Shown here piece after piece: positions 13,649 to 27,640 of a DNA stretch of 64,000 nt. The stretch lies in NCBI GenBank assembly GCA_951406725.2, contig OX597819.1, positions 40,796,001 through 40,860,000 of the forward strand. The letters are read 5' to 3'. The stretch comes from Octopus vulgaris. Taxonomy: Eukaryota. Position numbers and translations under genes: made by a program. How positions within the stretch are numbered: position 1 is the stretch's first letter; the number at the start of each line of letters is the position of its first letter. Below the pieces are notes generated by a model. The model saw nothing but the letters and a program-made list of their open reading frames with translations. It was not told the origin of the DNA and searched no databases.

Positions 13649-16351
13649 TTTATCATAAGTATTTGAGTTCACATTAAGAATTTAAGACAAAAAAAAATAC
13701 GCATATTTGGATTGTTTTTGTTTTTATTCCTGATTTCGTGTGAAAATTTTTGGTGAAAATACGTATACACGCACACGCATACATATAAGCACACATACAT
13801 AAATACACACACTCACAAACATGCACACACGCATACATACATACATACATACATACATACATACATACATACATACATACATACATACATACATACATAC
13901 ATACATACATACATACATACATGCAAGCATTCTCCAGATCCATTATTCAGTTTGACGCGAGAGTCTTTTGTTTCTTTCTACTGATTTTAGAGTCAGAAAT
14001 TTTAGAGTAAGAAATTTTTCATATTTAAAAAATTTCAAACATTTTTTTCAGCTGAAAAATTCAGTGAAAGTGTCTTAGTTATCTTCAGTGTATTTTTCAA
14101 AATAAGCAATAATTCTTAATTCTTTGGTGTTTTTTTTTATTATGCTTTTTTATTTCATCTTCTTTGAGCTAAAAGTTAATTATATTTAATTCAAATTAAG
14201 ATATTTTTTTCTATTTCAGACTTTAAAATGTTTCTTTAATCTTCACTTCTTTCTGTGATCTATTATTTGTTCAAAAATTCAAATATATTAATCCAAAATA
14301 CTGAAGTTTTTAAACCGAAGATATACAAATGCTTTTGAATATGTTTGGATCAATTTCTTAGATTAAAGCCTTCAAGGAGATGTCCAAGCATAGCCGCAGT
14401 CCAATGACTGTAAGAAATTAAAGTTAAGAAATATTACTATTTATATGTCGTTTTCATTTAATCTTCCGTAAGTACTGATCGTAGGAGCCTTAAGTCGATA
14501 ATGTTCCAACTGTGAACACCCAGCCATTTTTCTACGAATTCGGTTCATGTTTGTTAAGGTACGTGGTTTAGTGTTTAAGGTATTCGGCTCACGATCGTAA
14601 GATCATGAGTTCGATTCCTAGCAAGAGTTATGTCCTTGAGCAAGACATTTCATTTCACGTTGCGTCAGTCCACTCAGCTGACAAAAATGAGTTGTACTTG
14701 TAATTCAAAGGGCCAGCCTTGTCATATTCTGTGTGACGCTGAATCTCCCCGAGAACTACATTAAGTGTACGCTTGTCTGTAGAGTGCTCAGCCACTTGCA
14801 CGTTAATTTCACGAATAGGCCGTTCCGTTAATCAGATTAACTGGAAACAACGTCGTCATAACCGACGGAGAACCAAGCCAGTTAATGCTTGATCATACAT
14901 TAGATAATATGCGGTGCATTCAGAAAGTATGTGACTTTATTTATTTTCTCGCATAACTAATGCCGCATGGGTAAAATCCTTTGGACTGGAGGTGATGCCA
15001 CCGGTCCTACGCGGCGGGTTATGACCTTGAGCAAGACACTTTATTTCACATTGTTCTGGTCCACTCAGCTGGTAAAAAATAAGTAGTACCTGTATTTAAA
15101 AGGCCAGCCTTGTCACATTCTGTGTGATGCTGAATCTCCCTGAGAACTACGTTAAGGGTGTGCGTGTCTGTTGAGTGCTCAGCCACTTTCACGTTAATTT
15201 CAGAAGCAGGCTGAATCTGTTGATCGGATTAAGTGGAACCCTCGTCGTCGTAACCGACGGAGTGACAGTTGTCTATGTGTTTATATGTGCATGCATGAAT
15301 GATGGAAACGGATATGGACTGTGTATAAGAGTACAAAGTTTGTGTACTCGAGTTCGCTGCTTTTCAAATGTTTCGCTTTCGGTCCTGATACCCTTAACCC
15401 GGCCTTACTTACCACGCTGACGCAGACATCTAGATAGATTATCGGATTACACTGAATCTATTATTATCAGTAACGAATGTGTTTTTACAAAGATTGTGTG
15501 TAATTTGAGGAGGATTTGGCTTCTGTTTCCACCAAGTCGAGTAACTACAAAGAGGCATCCTTATTATCTGTTTAACTGTTTTTGATATATGCTAGTCAGA
15601 GGAAGAGGAGGGGGAGGAGGAGGAGAAAGAGTGGGATAGCGGCCATATACTTTTGCAAACCCTCTCACGTAGGGGAAACTGATGCGGTTGATATTCATCC
15701 AGAATACCAAAAAGTCAACGAGTGCAGGACATATGGTCCAAATGTTTGTAGCAGAGTAAACTCAGCTAGAAGCATCCAGAGGACCAAGTAGTGATGACAA
15801 GCTTGTTAACACTGCCATCTATGAATAAAAGCAGAGGCTAACTCAGTGAATTAGAACGTTTTTCTAATAACGTGAATTCGCGGGCTCTAACCTCATATAC
15901 GCGGTAGTGATATTTCGAACTTCTAGTACGAGCAGTCAAATGTCATTCAAACCGCATCCCGCCTTCTTACAAACCACGGGGCACATTAGATAATGCAGTT
16001 CTACATACCTCTAAAAGTCGTAATGGTCACGACTGAAACACCTTTGATTATATGTCTATTAATAATCATCAAAATTTCTATTTCCATAACAGGCTCAAAG
16101 GAAAGCATTTAGCGAATGAAATCAATTCAGCACATGGCTTACCTTTTACCTTTTTAGTCATTAGACTGCGGCCACACTGGGGCTCCACCTTGAAGAGTTT
16201 AGTCGAACAAATCGACCCCACCACTGATTGTTTTTTTTTTTATAAACCTGGTATTTATCCTATCGGAATCTTTTGCTGAACTATTACGTTATGGGGACGT
16301 AAACAAACCAACACCAGGTGTCAAGCAGTGGTTGGGGGACAAACACACTTT

Positions 16352-16474
<123 letters not shown>

Positions 16475-17356
16475 GTATATATGTGTATGCGTGTGTGACG
16501 CTCTTTCAGTTTCCGTCTACCAAGACGATTGCCCAAAGTGCCACGCTGTGGGACTGAACCCGGAACCTTGTTATTGGGAAGGAAACTTCTTATCGTGCAG
16601 CCACACCTGCGTCTGTCCCAGGAAAGATTAAAAGACAAAGTCGGCACCAGGAGGGATTGAATTCAGAACGTGACCTAATAAATGCCTTAAAATGTATACG
16701 TAGCTCTATAAATTCTGCAAGTAACAGTTTGTAGATACCTTGTATCTACATTTTATTGTTTTCCAACCGTCAACAATCGTGTAAACAATTTGGAAATATA
16801 TAACCCAATTATTGTATAAAACCAATCTAAACTCAAGCGCTCAGTTTATTCTTATTAATCACATCAAGTAAATACTAATGTTCTTATTTATGAGTAATTT
16901 GCGGACAGTAGATTAGCAGACTCGTTAGATCTTCGGACAGATTGCGTATGTGATACTTTCCAGATCATAACGTTCTGAGTTCGAACCCCACCGAGGTCAA
17001 CTTTGCCTAATAATCCTTCGAGTCGATAAAATAACGTACCAGTCAAATATTGAGGTCGATTTCGTTGCCTCCCCCCCTCCGATTTTTAACTCCGTACCTA
17101 CGTAAGAAAAGATTACTATTCATTTCGATATTTAACTACTCTAATGCAATATGAATTTGTGGAGAAGAGAACAATCGATTCAGTCGACCCTAGTATTTAA
17201 CTGGTATTTATTTTGTCAGGTTCTGAACCCAGAACGTGAAAGTATGTAATTAAATATTGCATGCCGTTTTATCTTTCCTCTCTCCGATTCTGCAAATCGA
17301 CCTCTTTTTATTTTCTACTGTAAAGTAGAACCTAACATGATGTATGATATATAGTT

Positions 17357-17545
17357 TTATTCATTAAACATTTCTAAAGCTTCGTTTGCTGCTCTAATTT
17401 TGGTTGCTTGTTTTAATTTCGCAATAACTGCTTCATTAGGTACGAAAACCATTGATTGATACTGTCCTCTGATTCCGCTTGTATCCTTTTGCATAAATAA
17501 CACTGCCTTAGATTGTCTGTAAGCAAACAACTGGATACGGAATAA
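17357..17545 (-). CDS. Exon 5, terminal (LFRIQLFAYRQSKAVLFMQKDTSGIRGQYQSMVFVPNEAVIAKLKQATKIRAANEALEMFNE*)
   Basis: Acceptor ttcttgcag|; 189 nt ending in TAA; AATAAA overlapping the stop and again about 45 nt downstream; two ungapped paralogues in the window. Confidence 0.9.
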   Translation of the reverse strand, partial: LFRIQLFAYRQSKAVLFMQKDTSGIRGQYQSMVFVPNEAVIAKLKQATKIRAANEALEMFNE

Positions 17546-18059
17546 CTGCAAGAAATAATTAAAAAAAACTTTTAATGAAATGTAAAATCTTTATAAAAAT
17601 TCTTGGGAAAACAACATGAAAGATTTAGTTTTTGAAAATATTTTGTCAAACGACCAAAATTAAACAATGGGACATGGAATTTAATCCGTCGTCCAGTTTA
17701 ATACCATATTCTGACCCTTGAGTATTTTTAGCAGAGTCCCACTCTGTTGTAAGCCTTCAGATCAGGTCTCCGGTTTGAGGATATTTTTCTCCTTCCCTCC
17801 CACCAGTTTCGGAAGCCCTAACAAATTAAAAAAGGGCTTGAGCATTGCTCCTCTCCTCTATCTCAGTCATAAAAAATAGCCTCTCAAAATTTGGATAGTT
17901 CCAACCTATGGTCTTTTAACGTCCAGTGATCATGTAACATCGATAGAAAAATGAAGCAGGAAAAGATAAAATTCTACTGAGAGATTGAAAGAAAAAGTCT
18001 TTTTATTGGCCGAGTATGAAGGAAGAGGTTGTATTTATGGCCTTACATAGCCCCACAAA

Positions 18060-18270
18060 CCCATGACGCGATTAATGTTCTTCTTCAACAGTATGAGTCG
18101 ACTGCTGCAGGAAAAATATAGGCTAAGAAGGAATACCAGAGAGCTGAGGTTCTGAATAGGAAGGAGTGTGAGTAATTGTTAATGGACACATAATACGGGT
18201 TACGGAGAAGAATAGAGACGGGTATATCGAAAGTGAGTGAATGTAAATGACATGTGACCAGCCAGTTCTG
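18060..18270 (-). mobile_element. L2/Jockey-like LINE 3' fragment
   Basis: YSHSFLFRTSALWYSF resembles the conserved SFxPRTxxLWNSLP C-terminal motif. Confidence 0.5.
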
Positions 18271-19653
18271 AGAAGTAGAAGCTATTGCATTAGCAGCAGC
18301 AAAAGACGTGTAGGCGCAATGGCCCAAAGGTTAGGGCAGCGGACTCGCGGTCGGAGGATTGCGGTTTCGATTCCCAGACCGGGCGTTGTGTGTGTTTATT
18401 GAGCGAAAACACCTAAAGCTCCATGAGGCTCCGGCGACCCCTGTTGTACTCTTTCGCCCCAACTTTCTCCCACTCTTTCTTCCTGCTTCTTGTCCCCGAC
18501 TTCCTACGCAACCGCTGAGCTTGGATGCGCATTCATCCATCCGTCGATGCTCTCGGTGTCGGGGGTTGACCTGCTTTCTCTTCTGCGGGTCTTACGAATA
18601 GCAAAGGACTACGTTTCGGACTTCTCCCATCTTGTGAGCTCTGGGACGAAGACCGTTCGCTCAACAGTAACAGCAACAGCAGCAGTAGCAAAAGACAGAT
18701 AAAATAAAATAGTACAGCATATTTGTGCGTCGGTGCCTATCAGTCTTTTGGCAAGCGACTTCATGTTAATCACTCAGAGTGACACTTTATATAGTTTATC
18801 TACACCAAGTAAAACATCCTGTAATGTATAACTACCAGACATCATGACGACTTTGACATGTACAACAGTCCAAATTATGATAAACTCTTAGAAGTTTGTA
18901 AGAAGCATTGTAAAAGATCAGTAGATAAAGGTGATTAAAGTATGTTCAATAATTTTTCATGAGCTGGAAACAAAATTTGAGCTCATCAATGTAATTTTAT
19001 CTTTGTTGAGGGTGTGAACTTTACCGCGGAGGTAATTTCTGATAATTTTGATAACCAGAATAAAATGATTTTGTTTCTAATTCAAAGTTTTCTTAAATAA
19101 GGAGTATGGGTTTAACGTCTTTAGATAAGCGAGTGCGTTAAATACTTTTGAATCTCATGTTCTTCTTGTTTATTTCCAAGAAGGTTATGAGCCTACAAAC
19201 CTATATGATTAAAGACATGCCATCCATGGCAATCAAATCTTCAATTTTCTGACATAGTATATCTAAGTATACATTTCCCAATGTTTAATTTCATTTTTTT
19301 TTATCTGACACAAGAATTTATTAGCAAAGTTTTTCGTCGATAAGCTCAGTTTCCCATTTCTTTCATCTGAATCTTCTATCCAAATCGAATCACTACGATA
19401 TAAATTCTCTTCGTCTGTATTTTAACTAATATACAGTACGTTGATACTCTTGTACCTGTCAGAGATTACGTATTCCCAGCGTTTCCTTCTCACATTAATG
19501 CCATTACTAGTATCTAACTACATACACTTCTAGAAGGATGATATCATCCATCACGCTTCTCTGACTTTCTACATACAAGTGCCATCCATGTGTAATGTCC
19601 ACTCTTCACATTAGACGAGCACCGTTTCGACGAATAGATATTTCGAATGCACA

Positions 19654-19965
19654 GTGGAAGGTCATATGTGTTTCGACAAAATTCAGCACCGTCTCACCAG
19701 AGCCCACGTAACTCAAAAACAGATGCTAGATAATCTTTACGATCATGTAACACCAAACTCGTCAAATTTAAGTCATATGAACTACGTTTGGAGCGTTGTT
19801 GAAAGAAAGACTAACCGACATCTTCATAATACCATAGCTTCACTGAAGGCCGCCATTGTACAGGTGGTGTCCGAAATGAAGGAGGACCATTTAGTGCAAG
19901 CACGTCAACGATTCTTGTCTCACATTGAATCAGTCTACGAAGCTGAAGGCAGATTCATAGAATAA
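19654..19965 (+). mobile_element. Tc1/mariner (DD37D-like) transposase C-terminal fragment
   Basis: PNSSNLSHMNYVWSVVER..N...HNTIASLKAAI...EAEGRFIE. Confidence 0.75.
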
Positions 19966-21209
19966 GTTTTGCAAGAGACCACAATGAACAGTGGCAGAAT
20001 TTCTTGGTTTGGTATGGAATGGAGACATCTTTTGATTATGTAGTTGGCTAGAGCGCTGATCATTGTTTAAAAACCAATAGCATGTTCTTCAATGTTTGGA
20101 AGAAGTCACAGTTCATAGGTAATATTGATGGAATCAGATGATAACTACTTCTGTTTCCTTGGCAAATTAGCGAGTGTTTCAGAAATTCTAATCAATTGAT
20201 AAATGTTAATGATCAGAATATGCAGGAAGTGGCTTATTGATTTTCTTTCTTTTGAATGAGAGTGCTACATAGAGTATATGTTTTGTTGAGGACAAGTATT
20301 CAATGCATTTATAGAATAAAAGGGTTTCCGTGCATGTGTGTACTGTAAATAAGTTGATGGATGTATCTCTGTCGTTGACGAGGAATCAATTGTTTGATCA
20401 ATTGAACTACCTGTTCATTGAATTGAAGTGTTAGCGCCTGAACCTTCTTCAGACATATGTACCCATAGCGTAATTTGTTAGTAGAATCAGTGTAACACAG
20501 TGTGTAACAAGGGTGTACCGATGAATTACGGATACAATCCAACTGACTGACTTCTATAAATGTTAATTCTAGCCAATTTCAGTCACAAAATATGGGCCGA
20601 TTCAGGAAAATGATATCTATCCAATATGCTAGTGGGGTCGAACTCAAGACATCGTATTTAAAGCATCAACACGAACTGGCTTAAGATCTGCAAAAATTGA
20701 AACTATCAATACCACACTTGTGTGCTGAGCGTGCTGCTTTACTCCGTTTCCGAATGCATTGATCAGTGTCTCATCAGGCGGTGAAACAGCTCTAGGTGTT
20801 TCGGACCATGACCGTCTACTAATATAAGCAACAAAACTCCCGCATAGTAGCTCGTGCTTTGTTGAGTCAAATACCGCACCTTTGAGTCAGATGTTTCTAC
20901 TATCCTCATTGCTTGTTCGTGCTGCACCACTCAACTCTTTTGAGTAAGATGTTGTGACTTGATTTTCCAGCGGCTTCCGACAATTTTTTAGCAACATCTT
21001 TTCTCATCCTTCGCAGACAGTCTTTCTTCGCATAAAGAGTAAGTTACTGAATGTTATAGATTTTGATTGTTGAGAGGAGTTAAGAGAGTGATACAGACAA
21101 ATGAGTAATAGAAGATATAAAAATCAAACATTAAACTAATTCTTTGTGTCTGACAAGAATTGATGAGTATGGTGGATTTAAAAATCGTGATCATCATGTC
21201 TCTATCTCT

Positions 21210-21246
<37 letters not shown>

Positions 21247-21466
21247 GGGAGAGGGAGAGAGGGAGAGAGAGAGAAATAGATAGAATAAAATGTAAAGTTA
21301 TCTCCAACTAGTTGAGATTTGTAATCAGAACCCGGATCAACGAATCTTAAGTACTATGAGGTATGAAATTTGGCACTTTCCATGAAAAATAAAAAATAAG
21401 AATGAGTAAATAAAATTTTAAAATTAATAAATAAAATGGGGGAGTATTTGTGGTTTTAAATATTAC

Positions 21467-21688
21467 CTTGAAGTAGGGCTTATTTAAATCAGGGTAACGA
21501 AGGACACCCATATCAACGACACTGCGTTCAACGTAATGATTTCGGAGAATAAGAGTACGAAAGCCTTTGATCTTTGCGCCAGTAGCTGCTACGATATTTG
21601 CATAGTCAACAATTTCGATCTTCGTGTCAGCTAATACGTCTGGGTCATTAATAAGTTCATTTGTAAACCAGTTAGTAACTTCTTCTAC
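21467..21688 (-). CDS. Exon 4 (VEEVTNWFTNELINDPDVLADTKIEIVDYANIVAATGAKIKGFRTLILRNHYVERSVVDMGVLRYPDLNKPYFK)
   Basis: Acceptor ctcttacag|, donor AAG|gtaata; 222 nt, phase 0-0; globular-protein composition. Confidence 0.92.
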
Positions 21689-22289
21689 CTGTAAGAGAGT
21701 AGCATACATAATTAAGTGTGTTTATATTCATATATAATATATTTTTATTCTGCCGACCGGCTAATTGCAACAACAGTAAGTTTTCAATCACTTTCTTCCT
21801 ATATCAGTGGCGACATACATGCATACATATTCATAATACATACATCTTATATATAAATGGCAATTTCCGTCTGTCTGTTATTATCCTGGTGCCCAAACCA
21901 GAGAACCAATCTTCACCAAACTTTGTATATATGTTGAATTAACATCCAGCTCAAGTATAGACTGATTGGATTTCAATAAAAATCGATAATTGACCGACTA
22001 TGGAGGTTGGGCTATTACATGATAAAATGAGAGGAGTGCAAAAGTGTTTGGCTCAGGAAAATATGGCATAATGAAGGTGGCTGATATCAGTGAAGGGGAG
22101 GAGACAGAAAGAGATAGACACACAGGGAATGTGAGAGACAGACAGGGACACTTCCATATACATAAAAGAGAGTTTGTATATGTGTGTGTGTGTGTATCTT
22201 CCTTATGCCTTCGAAAACTGAGTTGCCATTTTGACGTATGGGGTATGAAAAGACTCAGTAATCTTACGTCTGCCAAATAAACTTTATTT

Positions 22290-22865
22290 ACATTATTTAC
22301 ATTCGACGGATATTTGTGTTCATCAACACAACGTTTCGGCTGATATACCTGCCAGCCTTCTTCAGGTGTCTTGGGAAAATTTCGAACCTTGGGGTTAGTA
22401 GCCCGCGCTCTTAACCACTACGCCATATGCCCGTGGGCATTTATGGAGTAAATTTTAGGGCTTATAAATTTAATATTTTTCTATCCTTCCTTAATATCGG
22501 TTCCCATATGCTACTCATATCTGCACTCGGTCTGCTTAGGAGGTTGTTGTGTCCTAGCATATGTGCTGCTTCTTTTAGTACTCGTATTTTTCAGTGGTGT
22601 TCTCTATCTATTGTTTTAACTTCATCCCACAGGAGGAGGTGGTCTCCATTCTTCCATACATGATCAGCTATACCCGATTTATCAATACCTCCTTGTGTCA
22701 CAGCTTTGCGATGTTCGTCTGCGAAGTAAATTTCACCAAGACACCTGAAGAAGGCTGGAGGGCATATCAGCCGAAACGTTGTGTTAACAACAAACAAGAT
22801 GAGAACAAATATCCGTGGAATGTAAATAATGTACATAATTCCTCATTTCTTAAATATAGAACTGC
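22290..22865 (-). mobile_element. 5'-truncated Penelope-like insertion with inverted pLTR
   Basis: GIY-YIG C-terminus (EHRKAV..DKSGIADHVW..HLLLWDEVKTIDRE..KIRVLKEAAH); opposed pLTR copies; flanking direct repeat caaataaactttatt; empty site at about 23478-23492. Confidence 0.88.
22740..22785 (+). ncRNA. Minimal type I hammerhead ribozyme (PLE type); antisense copies at 22325-22370 and 30299-30344
   Basis: GACAC-CTGAAGA-a-GGCTG-loop-CAGCC-GAAACGTT^GTGTT; palindromic AACGTT in place of stem III. Confidence 0.8.
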
Positions 22866-23731
22866 AAATAAACTTTATTTTCATTTACATATTTGCATTA
22901 CAAAAATTTTACATTATAATCTTTGCTATAAGTCAACTATCGTAAAAATTTTATACCACGATTACAACGACGACGACGTCACATTTTCTGTGTGTACCTT
23001 AAATGACATCCATTTCTCTGTATGTTAAGAGGAAATACAGTCTCTCTCATTCTCTCACATGCACTCGCGCACGCACACATATATACAAAAAAGATGTATG
23101 CATATGTATTTATGTATGTGTATACGAAAGATATGTGTGTGGGAGATATAGAGAGACCGAGTGAATGCCACTCATACATGACAACACACACCTTCACTCA
23201 TTCACTCTCTCTTTCCTTCTCTCTCTAGTACATGCACACGCGCGCACACACACACACACACACGTCCATTTCATATACACATACATACATCTTTCACTTT
23301 CTGCCCTCACTTCAAAGCAAATGTTGCGGTTTTACTTTCTCTACTCTTTCAATTTCTGCACTCTTGAAAGCATAAAAAAATTAAAAAGTTCTTACAGAAA
23401 TTAGCGAATACATTCGAAAACTGAGTTGCCGATTTTGACGTATGGGGTATCAAAAGATTCAGTAATCTTTCGGCTAACAAATGAACTTTATTTTCATTTA
23501 TAAATTTGCATTCCAAAAATTTAACATTATTATCTTTATATAATTCAACTATCCTAAACGACATTTTATATCATGACGAGGACGTCACATTTTCTATATG
23601 AGTGTGTACCTTAAAAGACATCCATTTCTCTATATGTTACGGGGGAATACAGTCACTCACATTTTCGCACACAAGCATACAAAAAAGATGTATGCATATG
23701 TGTTTATGTACGTGTATATGAAAGATAATGT

Positions 23732-23777
<46 letters not shown>

Positions 23778-23937
23778 GTGCCACTTACACATAGATGCAA
23801 AAGATACATACATGACAACATACACCTTCACTCACTCACTCTTTCTCTTTCACACATACGCACACATTCACACACACGTCCATTTCATATACATGTACTA
23901 TATTTCATATACATGTACTATACATTTCATATACATA

Positions 23938-24310
23938 TTCTATATTTTAGAGATGAGGAGTTCTATACATTATTTACATTGGATTCTTTTTCTTTCAACA
24001 TCTCTGATTATTCTCCCAGTTAATGAAGATAACCTGTCTTTGATTTCGTTATTTAGTTGATGATTTTCCAACGGTTATAATGGATCCTCTCACGGACGAG
24101 GACGTGCCTTGCCCTTTCCGCTACTCTTCGAGCTTTTTTGAATCAACTGGTGTCAAGATGAGAACAAATAAGCCAGGGGTATTAGCTTTGAGTCTCTACA
24201 TCTACACAGGAAGGTTAGATGGTTTGAAAGACGAGCAAGTTTCTGAGGGAGTTTCTCTGTATGTCTCCATTGAGGTCTAATTTCGGCTCCGTACCGATTA
24301 GATAATACTG
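23938..24310 (-). mobile_element. Second Penelope-like fragment
   Basis: KKARRVAERARHVLVRERI N-terminal PLE-like motif; tail similar to the other PLE tails; flanking repeat ttctatatttta. Confidence 0.5.
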
Positions 24311-24607
24311 TTCTATATTTTACACGTACATATTTCTTTTACTTTTGCTTCTCTTTTTTCACGTACATATATCTTTTACACGTACATATATATTTTATAC
24401 GTACATATATCTTTCACTTTCTGCTCTCACTTGAAAGCAAATGTCGCCTTTTCACTTTCTCATCCCTTTCAATTTCTGCTCTCTTCAAAGCATAAGGAAA
24501 TAATTTTCTTACGGAAATTAACGAACTATCATATGATCACATATGGTCGACCATATGATCGAGTTGACAACTTCAAACGAAGGAATGCTATAAAATAACT
24601 TCCTTTG

Positions 24608-24673
<66 letters not shown>

Positions 24674-25873
24674 GCACGCACGCACGTACGCACACTCATA
24701 CATACACACGCACGCACGCACGCACGCACGGACATACACACACACTCTAGGTAAAACTTCTGTATGAATTATGTTATTTCTTGTTATGTGCACTCGAAAA
24801 ATTACAGCTCAAATCCAACTGAAATCAACTTTTTCTATTCTGTAATTCGTGTTTATGATGAGCGTGTTTAAAAGCCTGATCTTCGATACAAATTTAAAAG
24901 GAAGTTCTCCCAGAAATCCTGTCCTTTACCTGTTGTTTCTAGCATGTCCGAGGTGAAATTTTCTCCCACCACCTGATTTTTTTCCTAAATTTCTTCCTAT
25001 TCCTATGTTTTTAATACAGGAGATAAGTATTTCGCCCTAAAACACGTTCTCAATATTTTAATCTTCCCCTTCCCCATTCCAATTTCTTAATTTTTAAAAC
25101 TTTTTTCGAATATTTTTCTTAGTAATCCATGGAGAAATCTTTAAGAATTTTCTTCTAAAATCTCCTTCCCAGACACCCACCCATCACCTCACCACTTTCA
25201 AAAAGCTACAAACTCCGAATGTTTCATTTTTAGCTTTTTGGAAAGCGGGGAAATTTCTTCAGAAATAATGTCGTTTACCTGTTGTTTCTAGCATACGGAG
25301 TTTTCTGGTGGTGCTCTAATATTTTTTACATCTGCTATTTCAGTGCAATTCTACGCATGCGAGAAACATCAGACGAAAGTGAAACACTAGGTGTTTTTAG
25401 TTTTCGAAAGCGGGTAGGTGATGGGTGTGTGAGGTGGGGGAAGGGGCATTGAAAGTTTCTTTAAGAAAAATTAAACTTTGGAAGAAAAAATATTTCTCAG
25501 ATTCGTAATCTCTGTATTTTTCTACATAGATAAAAAAAATCGTAAAAAAAGTTACAAATTAAGAAATTGCAGTGGGTACGAGTAAAACTAAAATTTTGAA
25601 AACGTTATTTCTGGGCAAAATCGTATTAACCCCCTTTTTATACATTGAAACGATGCATAGTTTGTGATCCTTCTTAAGAACAGAAAGCACTTTCATGCAG
25701 ACCCATGTAAATTGTACCACTCCCCCACTTCACTTTCAAACAAACAATTACTTCCATTACGTCAGTAATCCAGTTCACTATATATCAGCTGTGTTGATTC
25801 TGCCCATAAGAAAGGAACAAATAATACAATATGGCTGTATGTCATAACACCCGAGCAACGCCGGGATGCATTG

Positions 25874-25925
<52 letters not shown>

Positions 25926-26759
25926 ATATGGTGGTTTATTTACATTTTAACAATCTAAAGGCAAATTTGAAGCGTCACGTAAGTGACAGAGGGTACTAAA
26001 TGGTATCAGCTTAGCTTGAAGTAAAAGCTCAAAACAACTAATAGTCACAAACTAATTACCTGCACCATCTTAGGAATAGTATAACACCCATTACAATGTT
26101 ACCTGGTCCATTAGCAAAACGAAAAGGTCCAATCAGAATGGTAGAACTTCATGCATTAACTGTAGCAAAGGATCGATCCATCGAGATCTTCGGATGAAGT
26201 TCACACTGTCTTCTGAACCGCCAAAAAGGGAGGCTATAGCTTTTTGCTGCTATCGATTCTTTATTTTTTGCGTCATAGATCGAAATATTCTACCTGAGTT
26301 AGATCTACGTACGTACTACATTTTGCGCACCTGCTTTGGTGGGGACCTCTAATTCTTAAACTTTACCCATTGCATTCTTTCTATTCATACCTTATAAATA
26401 TACACGTTTATGTTCTCAAGACCTTATTCAATATATTTATCTATCTGCGTGATTATTAACTGTTAATTAGTCACATGATTACTTCTTCTGCCACATCTTT
26501 ATTTTCCCTTCACTAATTAGAATAACTTCAGCTACCATCTTCCTTTGCATCCTTCTCTAAACCTTGTACACAGGCCGCCAAGCTTCTACACACTAGCTGA
26601 CTTCCGACAATTTCATAAGCTCGACTAACAGACAGACGTATACACAACACGGAGCTGGATTGGCGCTTCCTTTTAATTCCAACTTTCTTTTATTTTTATC
26701 TTCTCCCTAGAAGAGAGACAGCGGTGGCTTTGCTACGGCTCATTTGCATGATTTTAGAA

Positions 26760-27380
26760 GGCTTGTTGGGAATCCATCAGGGCCAGTAACTAAATTCAGG
26801 CTTTTCTCATCTAATGCCAGTATGACATCTTTTTTGTCTATGTAAGCAAACTCCAGTGCCTCCCTTTTGTGGGTATAGTGACAAAGAACTCAGCTGGTTT
26901 GCTCACTTGCATGAACTCTAGAAGTGGAGGATGTCAAAATGATTTTGAATATTTCATTACTCGTAAGGTTTCCTGTGAGGGAGTTGTCTTTTGGAAGAGT
27001 GGTCCTACCCTGCATTACACCGAAGCAGTTTCTGTGACAAATTTGAAGAAGGCTTTAGGATTTGATTTTATCGCCCATAATCCATGTTTCTTTGTCTGCT
27101 CTTTCCTTTTGGAGGGAGGGTTGCAGATTTTTCTAAATCTCCTGTAGTTATTTTCAGACGGGATCTTTAACTGCTTTTGAATCGTTTGATTAGGTGGTTT
27201 TGCAATCTTTGTACATTGTCTCATTAGAACTTTCCTTCCCCAGGGAATTCTGTTCTTGTGCACAGTGGCCTTTCTCCCCGGAGCTGATATGTAGTATATA
27301 GCTTGCATTACAAATTTGAATTGTTCAAGTTTCATATCGATGTCAGATGTGAAGAGACATTTATGCCAATCCTGTTTGAA
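26760..27380 (-). mobile_element. CR1/L2-type LINE ORF2 fragment
   Basis: AIKSNPKAFFKFV pre-RT linker motif. Confidence 0.6.
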
Positions 27381-27640
27381 GAGACATACATACATAGTGA
27401 GAGAGAGTGAGTGAGTGCGTGCATATTCCTGTATGTGTATGCGTGTGTGTGTGTTTGTGCGTGCGTGTGTCTGTGCGCGCGCATGCATATGGCTGTACGT
27501 GTGTGCGTGCGTATCTTTTTGCGTGCATGCCTGCGTGTGTGTGTATATATATATATATATGTGTGTGTGTCTATATGTGTATGCATAAGTATGAAGCAAA
27601 AAATATAGGCAGATCGCTTTTAAGTTATGAGAAGACTTAC

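Larger units (their letters stand above)
22211..24525 (+). repeat. Diverged tandem duplication (unit about 0.6-0.7 kb) in intron 3
   Basis: ttcgaaaactgagttgcc at 22211 and 23413; collinear similarity through ctttcactt..gc.ctcactt.aaagcaaatgt. Confidence 0.85.
21845..25877 (+). mobile_element. Possible composite non-autonomous Helitron (5' end 21845, 3' end 25877)
   Basis: a|TCTTATATATAAATGGCAATTTCCGTCTGTCTG resembles the 5' end at 60163; cccgagcaacgccggg...CTAG|t 3' signature; pairing of the two ends is inferred. Confidence 0.4.
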
